Part shown: positions 8,670-16,931 of the stretch, piece by piece
Position numbering within the stretch: position 1 is the stretch's first letter
Layout of the letters: each line of letters starts with the position of its first letter
Assembly (NCBI GenBank): GCA_947625365.1
Contig: CANQNZ010000001.1
Location: 1-35,322 of the forward strand
DNA length: 35,322 bases
Direction of reading: 5' to 3'
Source of the DNA: an uncultured Bacilli bacterium
Lineage (GTDB): Bacteria > Bacillota_I > Bacilli_A > RF39 > UBA660
Notes under the pieces: model-generated
Seen by the model: only the letters and a program-made list of their open reading frames with translations
What the model was told of the DNA's origin: nothing
Databases searched by the model: none
Translations under genes and position numbers: made by a program

Positions 8670-11096
8670 ATGGGAAAGAATAAAAGCAGAGAAAAAGTAA
8701 GTGTTAAACAAATTTTAGGGACAGCGTTACAATATTTTAATGACGTAGACCAGATTGATTTAAATATGTTTGTGGCTGATATAAAGCAAACTAAACAATT
8801 TTTAATAGTTGATGAGTTAGAAGAAGATAAGCAGTTATCTAAAGTTATTTCTCATAAAGATGATAAAATAGTCTTTTCTAAAAACAAGAAAAGGAAAGAA
8901 ATTTTAGAAAAAAATATTCCTAGTAGTTTATATAGTTTTTTTAAGAAAAGATATTTCTCTCGTCCTTGGAATGGTTATAATCACGAGGAACGTAAAAACT
9001 ATAATATGACAAAGGAAAAAGAGAAAATCAAAGGATGCAGTAATATTTTGGTAATATCGAATAATAAAGATGATTATCAAGTTTTAAAAGAATATGGTTT
9101 TGAACGTATTGATTATGTACCAACTTTGATAGATTTAGAAAGATTAGTTCGTAGTGAGGAAAATCTTCTTAATCAATATAATGTGATAGTATTTGGTAAA
9201 GAATATTTTAATAAAGATTTTACGAAACATTTTCAATCTTTTAAAAGCTACTCAATTTTAAAGGCAATTTATGAGGATGCTAAAAGTGATTTTATAAATA
9301 TTGGTATATTAGAAAATGCCGAGGATAAGCTAAATCTTTATATGCAAAATAATATATTAAATTTTTCTTGGACTACAGGATTAGTTTCGGAAAAAGATGC
9401 GGTAAGTAAAATTGCGGATAATTTAGTAGCAAATAAAGTATTAGCTAAAAAAAGAGAATATTCACCAATAAAAAAAGAGACCAAACAAACGAAAATTCCG
9501 ATTAAAAATCGTGAGATTAAAGTTTTAGTTTTAGGTGATAATTTAGATTATAAAAATGATTTTCAAAAGCAAACTGGACTTGATGTAACATGTCGTTTTG
9601 ATACTAATATTAATTTATTATTAGCGAGTGGGCAGTATGATATTATTATCGCTAGTCAAAAACGTTTAGATAAGGTTAGAGAGCTTCAAGATGTTATTAT
9701 GGAGCAATGTCTTTTAGCCAAAAGACCTTTAAGTTTGTTTTTAGCTTATGATGCGCAGAATATTATGATGCCAGAGTTTGATGAAAACATTTTAGGCCAA
9801 CGCGTAAATTTTAAATATCTATGGTTTGGACAAATAGGCAAAAATTTAAATCCTAAAACTACTGATTATTATGAGCATAGTTATAAATTTTTAAGAAAAC
9901 AGTGGCAAAGAATTGATTATTCAAAGGCTTTTCAGCAACAGTTAGCTGAGGTAGCTAGCGTGGAAAACTTATTAAAAGAAACAGTTCGTATTTATAACGC
10001 CGGTCTTTTGCGAGCTAACCTTGGCATGCTACAAGAAAAATTATTTGCTCCACCAAGAATTGCTGCACACGAGTTTTTAAAAATAGAAAGAACTTCTAAA
10101 ATAGAAAAAGAAATTACTTTAGCGCAGGTAGATAAATTGAAAGAAAAGATAGCTTTAAGAGCTTTAACGGGCTTAAAATCTTATGATTATCAAAATGAGC
10201 GATATCCATATGAGGGTGTTATAATATGTAAGCATGTAAGTGAGCAAGAAGAAAATTTAGCAGTTTTAAAGTTAGATGGACCAGATGGTTATGAGCCTTG
10301 TGTTATAATCGAAAAGGGCGGCCAAACTTATTTCATTGGTACGCCAGAGCAAAGAGGGTATTTGACCGAAGTGCTAAAACAAACTGATAAAAAACAAACG
10401 ATAAATAAACCAGCAAAAGTAATTAAAACAACACCTATCATAAAAGAGCCTTTAGTAGAAAAAGAAATGCCTTTACAAGAAGCAATAGATAACATAAAAG
10501 ATTATGAAAGAATGTTACATTTTAACAAGGTAGGTTTATTAGCTCGTTTGCAAGGAAAAAGAAAAGATAAATTAGCCGAAGAAAAACTATATTTAACTAG
10601 AAAAAATCAATTATATCAGGTTGCAACTTTTGACTTTGATAAAATATATGATTTTATGGCCGAAGTTCTTAGCCGAATGACTAATGAAGACTTTATTATT
10701 TTAAATTATAATATGGTAACTTGGAATTATCCTTTTATAAATCCAAGCTTTCCGATGCCAACTATTCAATCTGTAAAAATTTTAACTAGTGAGCATGAAG
10801 CAAAGGAAATTAATAAAGTAATAGAAGATTTTAATTATTCTATAAATTCTTTAGAAGCAATAAAAATGTATCCTCATATTGGTTTAATTTATAGCGATAA
10901 ATTATTAATCTTTGATTTTAATAAAGTAAATATTTTAACAGATTTAACTAGCAGTTATCCAAAGCTAAAACCTTATTTAGAGCAGTTAATTAATGTTCGT
11001 TTAGAAAATCCAGAAATAAGCGAAGATGAAGCTTATAATAAAGTGTTAGAAACAAAGTTATCACAAGAAGTAAAAAGAGTGAGACAAATGGATTAG
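8670..11096 (+). CDS. Large hypothetical protein (808 aa), no recognised catalytic motif
   Basis: GGAGGG Shine-Dalgarno sequence 7 nt upstream of the ATG. 2.4-kb uninterrupted ORF. No signal peptide, transmembrane segment, P-loop or metal-binding motif was seen by eye. Confidence 0.6.
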   Translation: MGKNKSREKVSVKQILGTALQYFNDVDQIDLNMFVADIKQTKQFLIVDELEEDKQLSKVISHKDDKIVFSKNKKRKEILEKNIPSSLYSFFKKRYFSRPWNGYNHEERKNYNMTKEKEKIKGCSNILVISNNKDDYQVLKEYGFERIDYVPTLIDLERLVRSEENLLNQYNVIVFGKEYFNKDFTKHFQSFKSYSILKAIYEDAKSDFINIGILENAEDKLNLYMQNNILNFSWTTGLVSEKDAVSKIADNLVANKVLAKKREYSPIKKETKQTKIPIKNREIKVLVLGDNLDYKNDFQKQTGLDVTCRFDTNINLLLASGQYDIIIASQKRLDKVRELQDVIMEQCLLAKRPLSLFLAYDAQNIMMPEFDENILGQRVNFKYLWFGQIGKNLNPKTTDYYEHSYKFLRKQWQRIDYSKAFQQQLAEVASVENLLKETVRIYNAGLLRANLGMLQEKLFAPPRIAAHEFLKIERTSKIEKEITLAQVDKLKEKIALRALTGLKSYDYQNERYPYEGVIICKHVSEQEENLAVLKLDGPDGYEPCVIIEKGGQTYFIGTPEQRGYLTEVLKQTDKKQTINKPAKVIKTTPIIKEPLVEKEMPLQEAIDNIKDYERMLHFNKVGLLARLQGKRKDKLAEEKLYLTRKNQLYQVATFDFDKIYDFMAEVLSRMTNEDFIILNYNMVTWNYPFINPSFPMPTIQSVKILTSEHEAKEINKVIEDFNYSINSLEAIKMYPHIGLIYSDKLLIFDFNKVNILTDLTSSYPKLKPYLEQLINVRLENPEISEDEAYNKVLETKLSQEVKRVRQMD

Positions 11097-11162
11097 TCTG
11101 CTCTTTTTGTTTTCGACAAGTTATTTTCCTTACTTAAGTTATATTACTTTTGAGGGATAAAG

Positions 11163-11336
11163 ATGAAAGTTAAAATATTTGATGAAAATCATGAAAAAGA
11201 TTTAGAAAATTCTGTAAATATGTTTCTTAGCAATTTAAATGGTGATATAATAGATATCAAGTATCAAGTATCTATATCTATTTTTGGTGAAGAACAAATA
11301 TATTGTTTTTCAGCTATGATAATATATAGTGAGTAA
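11163..11336 (+). CDS. cse60: Sporulation protein Cse60-like small protein (57 aa); not in the supplied ORF track
   Basis: Translation: MKVKIFDENHEKDLENSVNMFLSNLNGDIIDIKYQVSISIFGEEQIYCFSAMIIYSE. It matches the remembered Cse60/YteV pattern (VKLFDEEHEKDLE..VN.FL....IIDIKYQV). It lies directly upstream of a YtgP/SpoVB-family gene. Confidence 0.7.
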   Translation: MKVKIFDENHEKDLENSVNMFLSNLNGDIIDIKYQVSISIFGEEQIYCFSAMIIYSE

Positions 11337-11348
11337 GTAGGGATATAT

Positions 11349-12998
11349 GTGAAAAAAAATTCTTTTTTAGAAGGAAGTTTTATAGCAACAGCAGCCATTA
11401 TATTTGTAAAAATTTTAGGTATGCTTTATGTTATTCCGTTTTATGCCACAGTAGGTGTGCAAGGAGCTAGTCTATATGCTTATGCTTATACTATTTATAA
11501 TATTTTCTTAGATATTGCTTCTGCTGGACTACCTATTGCAATTTCTAAATTAATCAATGAATATAATACTTTAGGAAAAAAAGAAGCTAAAGTGCGAGCG
11601 TATAGGATTGGTACTAAAATTGTTGGTATTCTATCCGTTATTTCTTTCCTAATTGTTTTCTTTTTTGCTAAGTCCATTGCAATAGCTATTTTAGGAGATT
11701 TACAAGGGGGAAACACCATTGCCGATGTTACTTTAGTTATAAGGTGTGTTTCTTTTGCTATTTTGGTTATTCCTTATCTAGCTGTTTCTAAAGGTTATTT
11801 ACAAGGGCATCATTACATTAAGCCTCCCTCAGTTAGTCAAGTTTTAGAACAATTAGTCAGAGTAGCAGTATTATTAGGGGGTTCATATCTTACCATTAAA
11901 ATTTTAAATCTTAAAGTTTCTATTGGCGTAGGTATATCTTTATTTGGGGCTTTAGCAGGAGGAATAGTCGCTTATTTATATATTAGGTCCAAAATAAACC
12001 ATAATAAAGAGAAGTTAGATTTAAAGGAAAGCTTACCTAAAGATGATGTTACTAACAAAGAAATAGTCAAAAAAATATTTGGTTATGCTATTCCGTTTAT
12101 TATTATCGATACAGCAGTGAGTATTTATCATTTTATTGATATGGTTTTAATTATACGTACTTTAAATTATCTAGGTTATAGTGCTGTAAATGTTGAGATG
12201 ATTACTAGTTCAATTGTAACGTATGCACCAAAAATAAATATGATAATTTCTTCACTAGCCACTGGTATGTCCGTTAGTTTAATACCGACGATTGTGTCAT
12301 CTTTTGTCAAGAAAGATTGGCAAGATGTTAATAGTAAACTTAATAAAGCATTACAAATCATATTAATTATTTCACTACCTATGGCCGTAGGGATTTCCCT
12401 TTTAGCAAGGCCAGTTTGGTCTCTATTTTATAACGTAAATAATTTTGGTTTCACTATATTAACTTTAAGTATATTTACAGCTATTTTGACAAATGCTTTT
12501 GTTATTACAAGTTCAGTTTTACAAGGCCTTAACAAATTTAAAACGGTTTACATAAGTACTATCTCTGGCTTTGCAGCCAATGCTTTATTAGATGTACCGC
12601 TAATGTTATTATTTCATCGTTTAAATCTGCCGGCTTATTACGGAGCTATCATTGCTACTATGTTAGGTTACCTATTAACAATATTTATCACTTTATTTAC
12701 ACTACATAAAAAAGAAAATCTGAATTATATGTCAACTTTAAAAAATATAGGCAAATCTTTAGTGCCTTTAGGAGCAATGATAATATTAGTAATTATTCTT
12801 AAACTAATTATTCCATTTAATTTAGCAAGTAAATTAAGTTGTGTAATCTATATTGCTATAATTGCTCTTTTGGGGGCAATAACCTATTTATTTATTGCTT
12901 ATAAAATGCATATATTACAAGATGTTTTCGGACAAGAATTTATAAATACAATCATTAAAAAACTTACTCTAGGTAGAGTAAATCTTTCTAAACATTAA
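11349..12998 (+). CDS. MOP-superfamily flippase (MurJ/YtgP/SpoVB family, putative lipid II or polysaccharide flippase)
   Basis: 549 aa with about 14 hydrophobic helices. The N-terminus FLEGSFIATAAIIFVKILGMLYVIPF is typical of the SpoVB/YtgP family. GTG start. Confidence 0.8.
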   Translation: MKKNSFLEGSFIATAAIIFVKILGMLYVIPFYATVGVQGASLYAYAYTIYNIFLDIASAGLPIAISKLINEYNTLGKKEAKVRAYRIGTKIVGILSVISFLIVFFFAKSIAIAILGDLQGGNTIADVTLVIRCVSFAILVIPYLAVSKGYLQGHHYIKPPSVSQVLEQLVRVAVLLGGSYLTIKILNLKVSIGVGISLFGALAGGIVAYLYIRSKINHNKEKLDLKESLPKDDVTNKEIVKKIFGYAIPFIIIDTAVSIYHFIDMVLIIRTLNYLGYSAVNVEMITSSIVTYAPKINMIISSLATGMSVSLIPTIVSSFVKKDWQDVNSKLNKALQIILIISLPMAVGISLLARPVWSLFYNVNNFGFTILTLSIFTAILTNAFVITSSVLQGLNKFKTVYISTISGFAANALLDVPLMLLFHRLNLPAYYGAIIATMLGYLLTIFITLFTLHKKENLNYMSTLKNIGKSLVPLGAMIILVIILKLIIPFNLASKLSCVIYIAIIALLGAITYLFIAYKMHILQDVFGQEFINTIIKKLTLGRVNLSKH

Positions 12999-13315
12999 AG
13001 CATATACATATTTGAACTAATGTTAACTTCATCGTTAGAAGTAGAACTACTAACCATATTTTCTAATTTAGAAATACGGTTTTCTAGTTTTTGCATTTGA
13101 CGTTCTAAGCGAGCTATTTTGTTATCATAATCATTATTTATATTGGGGTATGTATTAAATGGAATATCAGGCCCTGCATAAAAATTATTAGAATTGGAAA
13201 CAGCTTGATAAGGCATAGCTCCGTTAGGAAATGCCCCGTTAGGCCCCATCATATTTGGGGCAAACGATGAAGACATGTGTGAACTTTCAAAAAAAGTATT
13301 GCGGTCTTTTTTCAT
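12995..13315 (-). CDS. Hypothetical small protein with an N/P/G/M-rich N-terminal half and a C-terminal coiled coil
   Basis: Strong GGGAGGAA Shine-Dalgarno sequence upstream on the minus strand. Heptad-like KIARLERQMQKLENRISKLENMV. Its stop codon overlaps the flippase stop within TTAA. Confidence 0.6.
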   Translation of the reverse strand: MKKDRNTFFESSHMSSSFAPNMMGPNGAFPNGAMPYQAVSNSNNFYAGPDIPFNTYPNINNDYDNKIARLERQMQKLENRISKLENMVSSSTSNDEVNISSNMYML

Positions 13316-13385
13316 AAAAGATTCCTCCCTTTTCAGTAAATAGTATATGACTAAATTTAAAGAAGTTTCAAAGGAGTGAAGAAAA

Positions 13386-14015
13386 ATGCGGCTTCGTAAT
13401 GTTAAAAATGCTAAAGAAATATTAGATAATTGTGATTTTTTAATAAAAAATCCGCAGGATTATAAAGGTCAATATCAAAAGCTTTTTGAAAATAATAATC
13501 CTATTTGTTTAGAAATAGGGATGGGTAAAGGAGCTTTTATTAGGCAAATGGCTATGCATCACCCCGAAATTAATTTTATCGGCATGGAAAAAATGAGTAG
13601 CATTCTGGCGCGAGCTATTGAGCATTTAACTCCCTATAATCTTCCTAATGTCAAAGTAATTAGAGCTGATGCTTTACTGCTTCCTGATATTTTTTCTAAA
13701 GAAATTACGACTATTTATTTAAATTTTTCTGACCCATGGCCTAAGGCAAGGCATGCTAAAAGAAGATTAACTTCCGAAATTTTCTTAAAAGCTTACGATG
13801 GTGTTTTTAAAGATACTAAAACTATAATTCAAAAAACTGATAATGATGCTCTTTTTGAAAGCAGTATTATATCTTTAAGTTCATATGGTTATAAAATCGA
13901 AGATATATCTTTAGATTTACATCAAACAGATAAAGAAAATTATCAAACGGAGTATGAAGAAAAATTTGCTGCTCAGAATATTAAAATTAACTATTTAAAA
14001 GCTAGTAAGAGGTAG
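13386..14015 (+). CDS. trmB: tRNA (guanine46-N7)-methyltransferase TrmB
   Basis: 209 aa. SAM-binding motif LEIGMGKG and the family signature FSDPWPKARHAKRRL. AAGGAG Shine-Dalgarno sequence. Confidence 0.93.
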   Translation: MRLRNVKNAKEILDNCDFLIKNPQDYKGQYQKLFENNNPICLEIGMGKGAFIRQMAMHHPEINFIGMEKMSSILARAIEHLTPYNLPNVKVIRADALLLPDIFSKEITTIYLNFSDPWPKARHAKRRLTSEIFLKAYDGVFKDTKTIIQKTDNDALFESSIISLSSYGYKIEDISLDLHQTDKENYQTEYEEKFAAQNIKINYLKASKR

Positions 14016-14024
14016 GGAATTTAG

Positions 14025-14591
14025 GTGATTACAACTTTCGACTATTATAATTATAGTTTAGAGGAAATAAAAGCAATTGAAGATGAGAAGTTACGTACAG
14101 AAATTTTAGAATTATTAAAAAATGATTTAGCTTTATATAAAAGAACTAATATTTTTTATAATACTTTTAGTGAAAATAAACCAATAATTAATATTATTAT
14201 GAAAATTGAAAGATTTTATGAGGAAAATACAAGTACTTATTTTGCACCAGGCGATATATGTTTTTTCTATCCTATTATCAAAGAACTTAAAGCCGCGAAA
14301 AAGCATTATTCGGATATTTCTAAAGCTGTAATTACCAAAGGGTCTTATTATTATAGATATACCTTTAGAATTTTTAACAAAACTAAAAATGCCTCTTATA
14401 TTTTATATAACCCTCTTAAGATTTGTTTAGATGAAATAGATTATCTGCCTATGAATATTTCCCAATTTGATAATTTTAGTCTTTCTTTAAATCAGGCTTA
14501 TGAACAGAGTCTAGATAAATTTTATGAAATTAGTGCTAATTTAGGGCAAGATGATTTAGATGTTCGAAAAATACGTAATCGCCGAAAATAA
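14025..14591 (+). CDS. Hypothetical protein (188 aa)
   Basis: GTG start preceded by AGGTAGGGA. Intact ORF. No recognised motif. Confidence 0.5.
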   Translation: MITTFDYYNYSLEEIKAIEDEKLRTEILELLKNDLALYKRTNIFYNTFSENKPIINIIMKIERFYEENTSTYFAPGDICFFYPIIKELKAAKKHYSDISKAVITKGSYYYRYTFRIFNKTKNASYILYNPLKICLDEIDYLPMNISQFDNFSLSLNQAYEQSLDKFYEISANLGQDDLDVRKIRNRRK

Positions 14592-14646
14592 TTTACTATT
14601 CAATATTAGACGTGATATAATTTTATTTGAAAGTCGAGGAAAACCT

Positions 14647-15315
14647 ATGAAGAAGTTAGTCTTTGCTCTTTTGGCTTTAGTATTTTTAACTGGTTGTACT
14701 AATATAAATAATCTTTCAATCTCACAGATAGTATCGACTAGTTTAGAAAATCAAAGCAAATTAAGTAATCAATATCGGACTGGTTATAAGTATTACTTAC
14801 CAAGAGGACTAAGTGTTGTTAGTCAAAGTGATTACAATGAGAAACTTAATACAGATAGATATACTTACTATTTATATGTCGATATTATAAGTTATTATAA
14901 TAAAGTAGATAATGAATTTAATCCTGTAGCAAAAGCCTATTATTCGAAGGAAATAAAAGGTAAAAATAAGTATGGTTACTTACAAATTAGAAGAATAAAT
15001 GATAAATATTTAGTTGAAATAATGTATAATTATGCTAAAATAGAAGTAATAGTAAAGCCGAGTGATTTAAATATTACTGTGGCTAATGCTATAACCATTT
15101 TAAATTCAATTCAATATAATAAAGATATAATTGAAAATGTAATGGGAAAAAATGTGTTAAAAAATAAGGAAACAGAAATAAATATTTTTGAAAGTAAGAA
15201 AACCGATAGTAATACAATTTTGTACAAAGAAATTTATGGACAATATGATGATAGCAAAGAAACTCACGATTCAGATTTAATAAAGGAAGGTGTAGAAAGT
15301 GGGACTACTAAGTAA
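14647..15315 (+). CDS. Lipoprotein (hypothetical)
   Basis: MKKLVFALLALVFLTGCTN contains a classic lipobox (LTGC). The ATG at 14647 follows GAGGAAA. The track start at 14560 would add a non-signal extension overlapping the upstream gene. Confidence 0.7.
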   Translation: MKKLVFALLALVFLTGCTNINNLSISQIVSTSLENQSKLSNQYRTGYKYYLPRGLSVVSQSDYNEKLNTDRYTYYLYVDIISYYNKVDNEFNPVAKAYYSKEIKGKNKYGYLQIRRINDKYLVEIMYNYAKIEVIVKPSDLNITVANAITILNSIQYNKDIIENVMGKNVLKNKETEINIFESKKTDSNTILYKEIYGQYDDSKETHDSDLIKEGVESGTTK

Positions 15316-16123
15316 GATAAAGAATGTGCTTTTTGAAGAAGAAGAAATAGAAATACCGGTTTATAAAAAAGAACCAGAAAAAAAAGAAGAGCCAGTAAGA
15401 GTAGTGCGTAAGCCAATAGAACCAAAAATAAAAAAAGAGGAAGCCCCTAGGGAAAAAGTGGAAGTTTCTGCACCAAGAGAGAAAATTGAAGTAAAAGAAG
15501 ATAATGAAAGAGAGACTTTTAAAACTGAACCAACTTTTCAATTCCCCGTATTTGATGAAGATGAGTTTAATGAGCCTCCTAAAAAAACGGTGAAAGTAAA
15601 TCATGATAGACCAAAAAATAATCATAAGAAAATTGATTTTGGCCGATTTGATACTCCCGCAAAACCGAAAGAAGAACCAAAAAGATTTGTTCCTTCCCCA
15701 GTTATTTCTCCAGTTTTTGGCGTTTTAGATAAAAATTATGTTAAAAAAGATTTGAAACCTAAAAAAGAAAATGTAAAAGAAAAAGTTGTTAGTGTGGATG
15801 ATGTTCGCAAGAAAGCTTATGGGACTTTAGAAGACCAAATTGAAAGTACTTTTGATGAACCAGTTAAACAATTTTATGAAGAAAAGCCTTCTAAAACAAT
15901 CAATGATTTATTAATTGATGCTGCTAATGAAGAAATACCAATCGAAGATGTAGAAGTTAATGATATAGAAGTATCAGAAGAAGAAATAAACGAAACTTCA
16001 TCATTAGAAGTTTTAGATGAAATAAAAAAAGATGTGGATAAAAGTAGTTTGGAAGATACTTTAGAAAGTGATTTATTTAATCTAATTGATTCGATGTATA
16101 CAAGTAAGGAGGATGAAAAATAA
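15299..16123 (+). CDS. K/E/P-rich, probably disordered protein with an N-terminal amphipathic helix
   Basis: GTG start after GGAAGGTG. N-terminus MGLLSKIKNVLFEEEE. Long KKEEP/PREK low-complexity region and an acidic C-terminus. Confidence 0.55.
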   Translation: MGLLSKIKNVLFEEEEIEIPVYKKEPEKKEEPVRVVRKPIEPKIKKEEAPREKVEVSAPREKIEVKEDNERETFKTEPTFQFPVFDEDEFNEPPKKTVKVNHDRPKNNHKKIDFGRFDTPAKPKEEPKRFVPSPVISPVFGVLDKNYVKKDLKPKKENVKEKVVSVDDVRKKAYGTLEDQIESTFDEPVKQFYEEKPSKTINDLLIDAANEEIPIEDVEVNDIEVSEEEINETSSLEVLDEIKKDVDKSSLEDTLESDLFNLIDSMYTSKEDEK

Positions 16124-16425
16124 TGTACTTTTTACAAGATTTTTTACCAATAATTATTTATATTTTATTAATAATATTATTAGTTGTTGGCATAATATTA
16201 GGTATAAAGGCTATTACTGCTTTAGGAAAAGTGGAAAAAGTTGTCGATGATGTTAATAAAAAGGTGGAGTCATTAAATAGTTTTTTTAGTATTATTGATT
16301 TTACCACAGATAAAATCGTTTCCTTAAGTGATAAAGTAATAGATGTAATATCTCTAGCCTTTTCTAAATTATTTAGTCATAAAAAGAAAATAAAGAAAAC
16401 AAAAGTGAAGGAGGACGAAGAATAA
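16123..16425 (+). CDS. DUF948-like small membrane protein (YtxG-like)
   Basis: One N-terminal transmembrane helix followed by a helical region. Its start overlaps the upstream stop (ATAATG). It is followed by a YtxH-like gene, as in the Bacillus ytxGH arrangement (from memory). Confidence 0.5.
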   Translation: MYFLQDFLPIIIYILLIILLVVGIILGIKAITALGKVEKVVDDVNKKVESLNSFFSIIDFTTDKIVSLSDKVIDVISLAFSKLFSHKKKIKKTKVKEDEE

Positions 16426-16868
16426 TGGGAAAAAAAGGATTAGGAAAATTTTTAACAGGGGCAGCTATTGGAGGAGCTTTAGGAGTTTTATTTGCTCCGA
16501 AAAAAGGTAGTGAGTCTAGAAAAGATTTAAAAGATAAGGCATCACAATTAGCAGGTAAAGTTAAAAATGCTGACTATAAAGAAATTAAAAAAGAAATTGA
16601 AGACAAAATTGCTAATTTAAAAAAAGAAGTAGCCGATTTAGATAAAGAAAAGGCTTTAACTATTGCTAAAGATAAAGCATCAAAGTTAAAAAAACAAGCT
16701 AATGATATTGTAGCATTAGCTATTGAAAAAGGAACTCCTGTTTTAGAAAAGACAGCTCAAGAGGCTAAAGAAGCTACTATTAAAGTCTTAAATGCTACAA
16801 TTAAAAAGTTAGAAAACGATAAAAAAGAAACACCTAAAAAAACTACTAAAACTACTAGTAAAAAATAG
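16425..16868 (+). CDS. YtxH-domain general-stress-type protein
   Basis: N-terminus GKFLTGAAIGGALGVLFAPKKGSESRKDLKDKA is the typical YtxH signature. The rest is a Lys-rich helical region. Confidence 0.75.
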   Translation: MGKKGLGKFLTGAAIGGALGVLFAPKKGSESRKDLKDKASQLAGKVKNADYKEIKKEIEDKIANLKKEVADLDKEKALTIAKDKASKLKKQANDIVALAIEKGTPVLEKTAQEAKEATIKVLNATIKKLENDKKETPKKTTKTTSKK

Positions 16869-16931
16869 TAGTTTTTTTTGACAAAAGAGGCTTTAAATGA
16901 TATTATTTATTTAAATAAGGAGCATACGAAT

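Noticed and set aside
11495-12361. Two antisense ORFs inside the flippase gene
   Set aside because: They are embedded opposite a 14-TM coding region and are typical shadow ORFs.
12995-12998. Convergent genes whose stop codons overlap in TTAA, with no intervening terminator
   Set aside because: This is real in the sequence, but it most likely reflects only compact gene packing. No further signal is associated with it.
14560-14646. Upstream ATG at 14560 for the lipoprotein
   Set aside because: It would overlap the preceding gene and bury the signal peptide and lipobox. The ATG at 14647 gives a canonical MKK...LTGC lipoprotein signal.
15308-15625. Antisense 105-aa ORF rich in F/W/Y opposite the K/E-rich gene
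   Set aside because: It mirrors the AAA/GAA-rich sense strand (TTT/TTC codons). It has no ribosome-binding site and an implausible composition.
15299-16123. Calling the K/E-rich protein SepF
   Set aside because: Only the first ~16 residues resemble SepF. The conserved C-terminal SepF core is absent.
16878-16931. TTG start at 16878 for the cadherin-like surface protein
   Set aside because: AAGGAG sits 9 nt before the ATG at 16932. The N-terminal transmembrane segment follows directly after that start.
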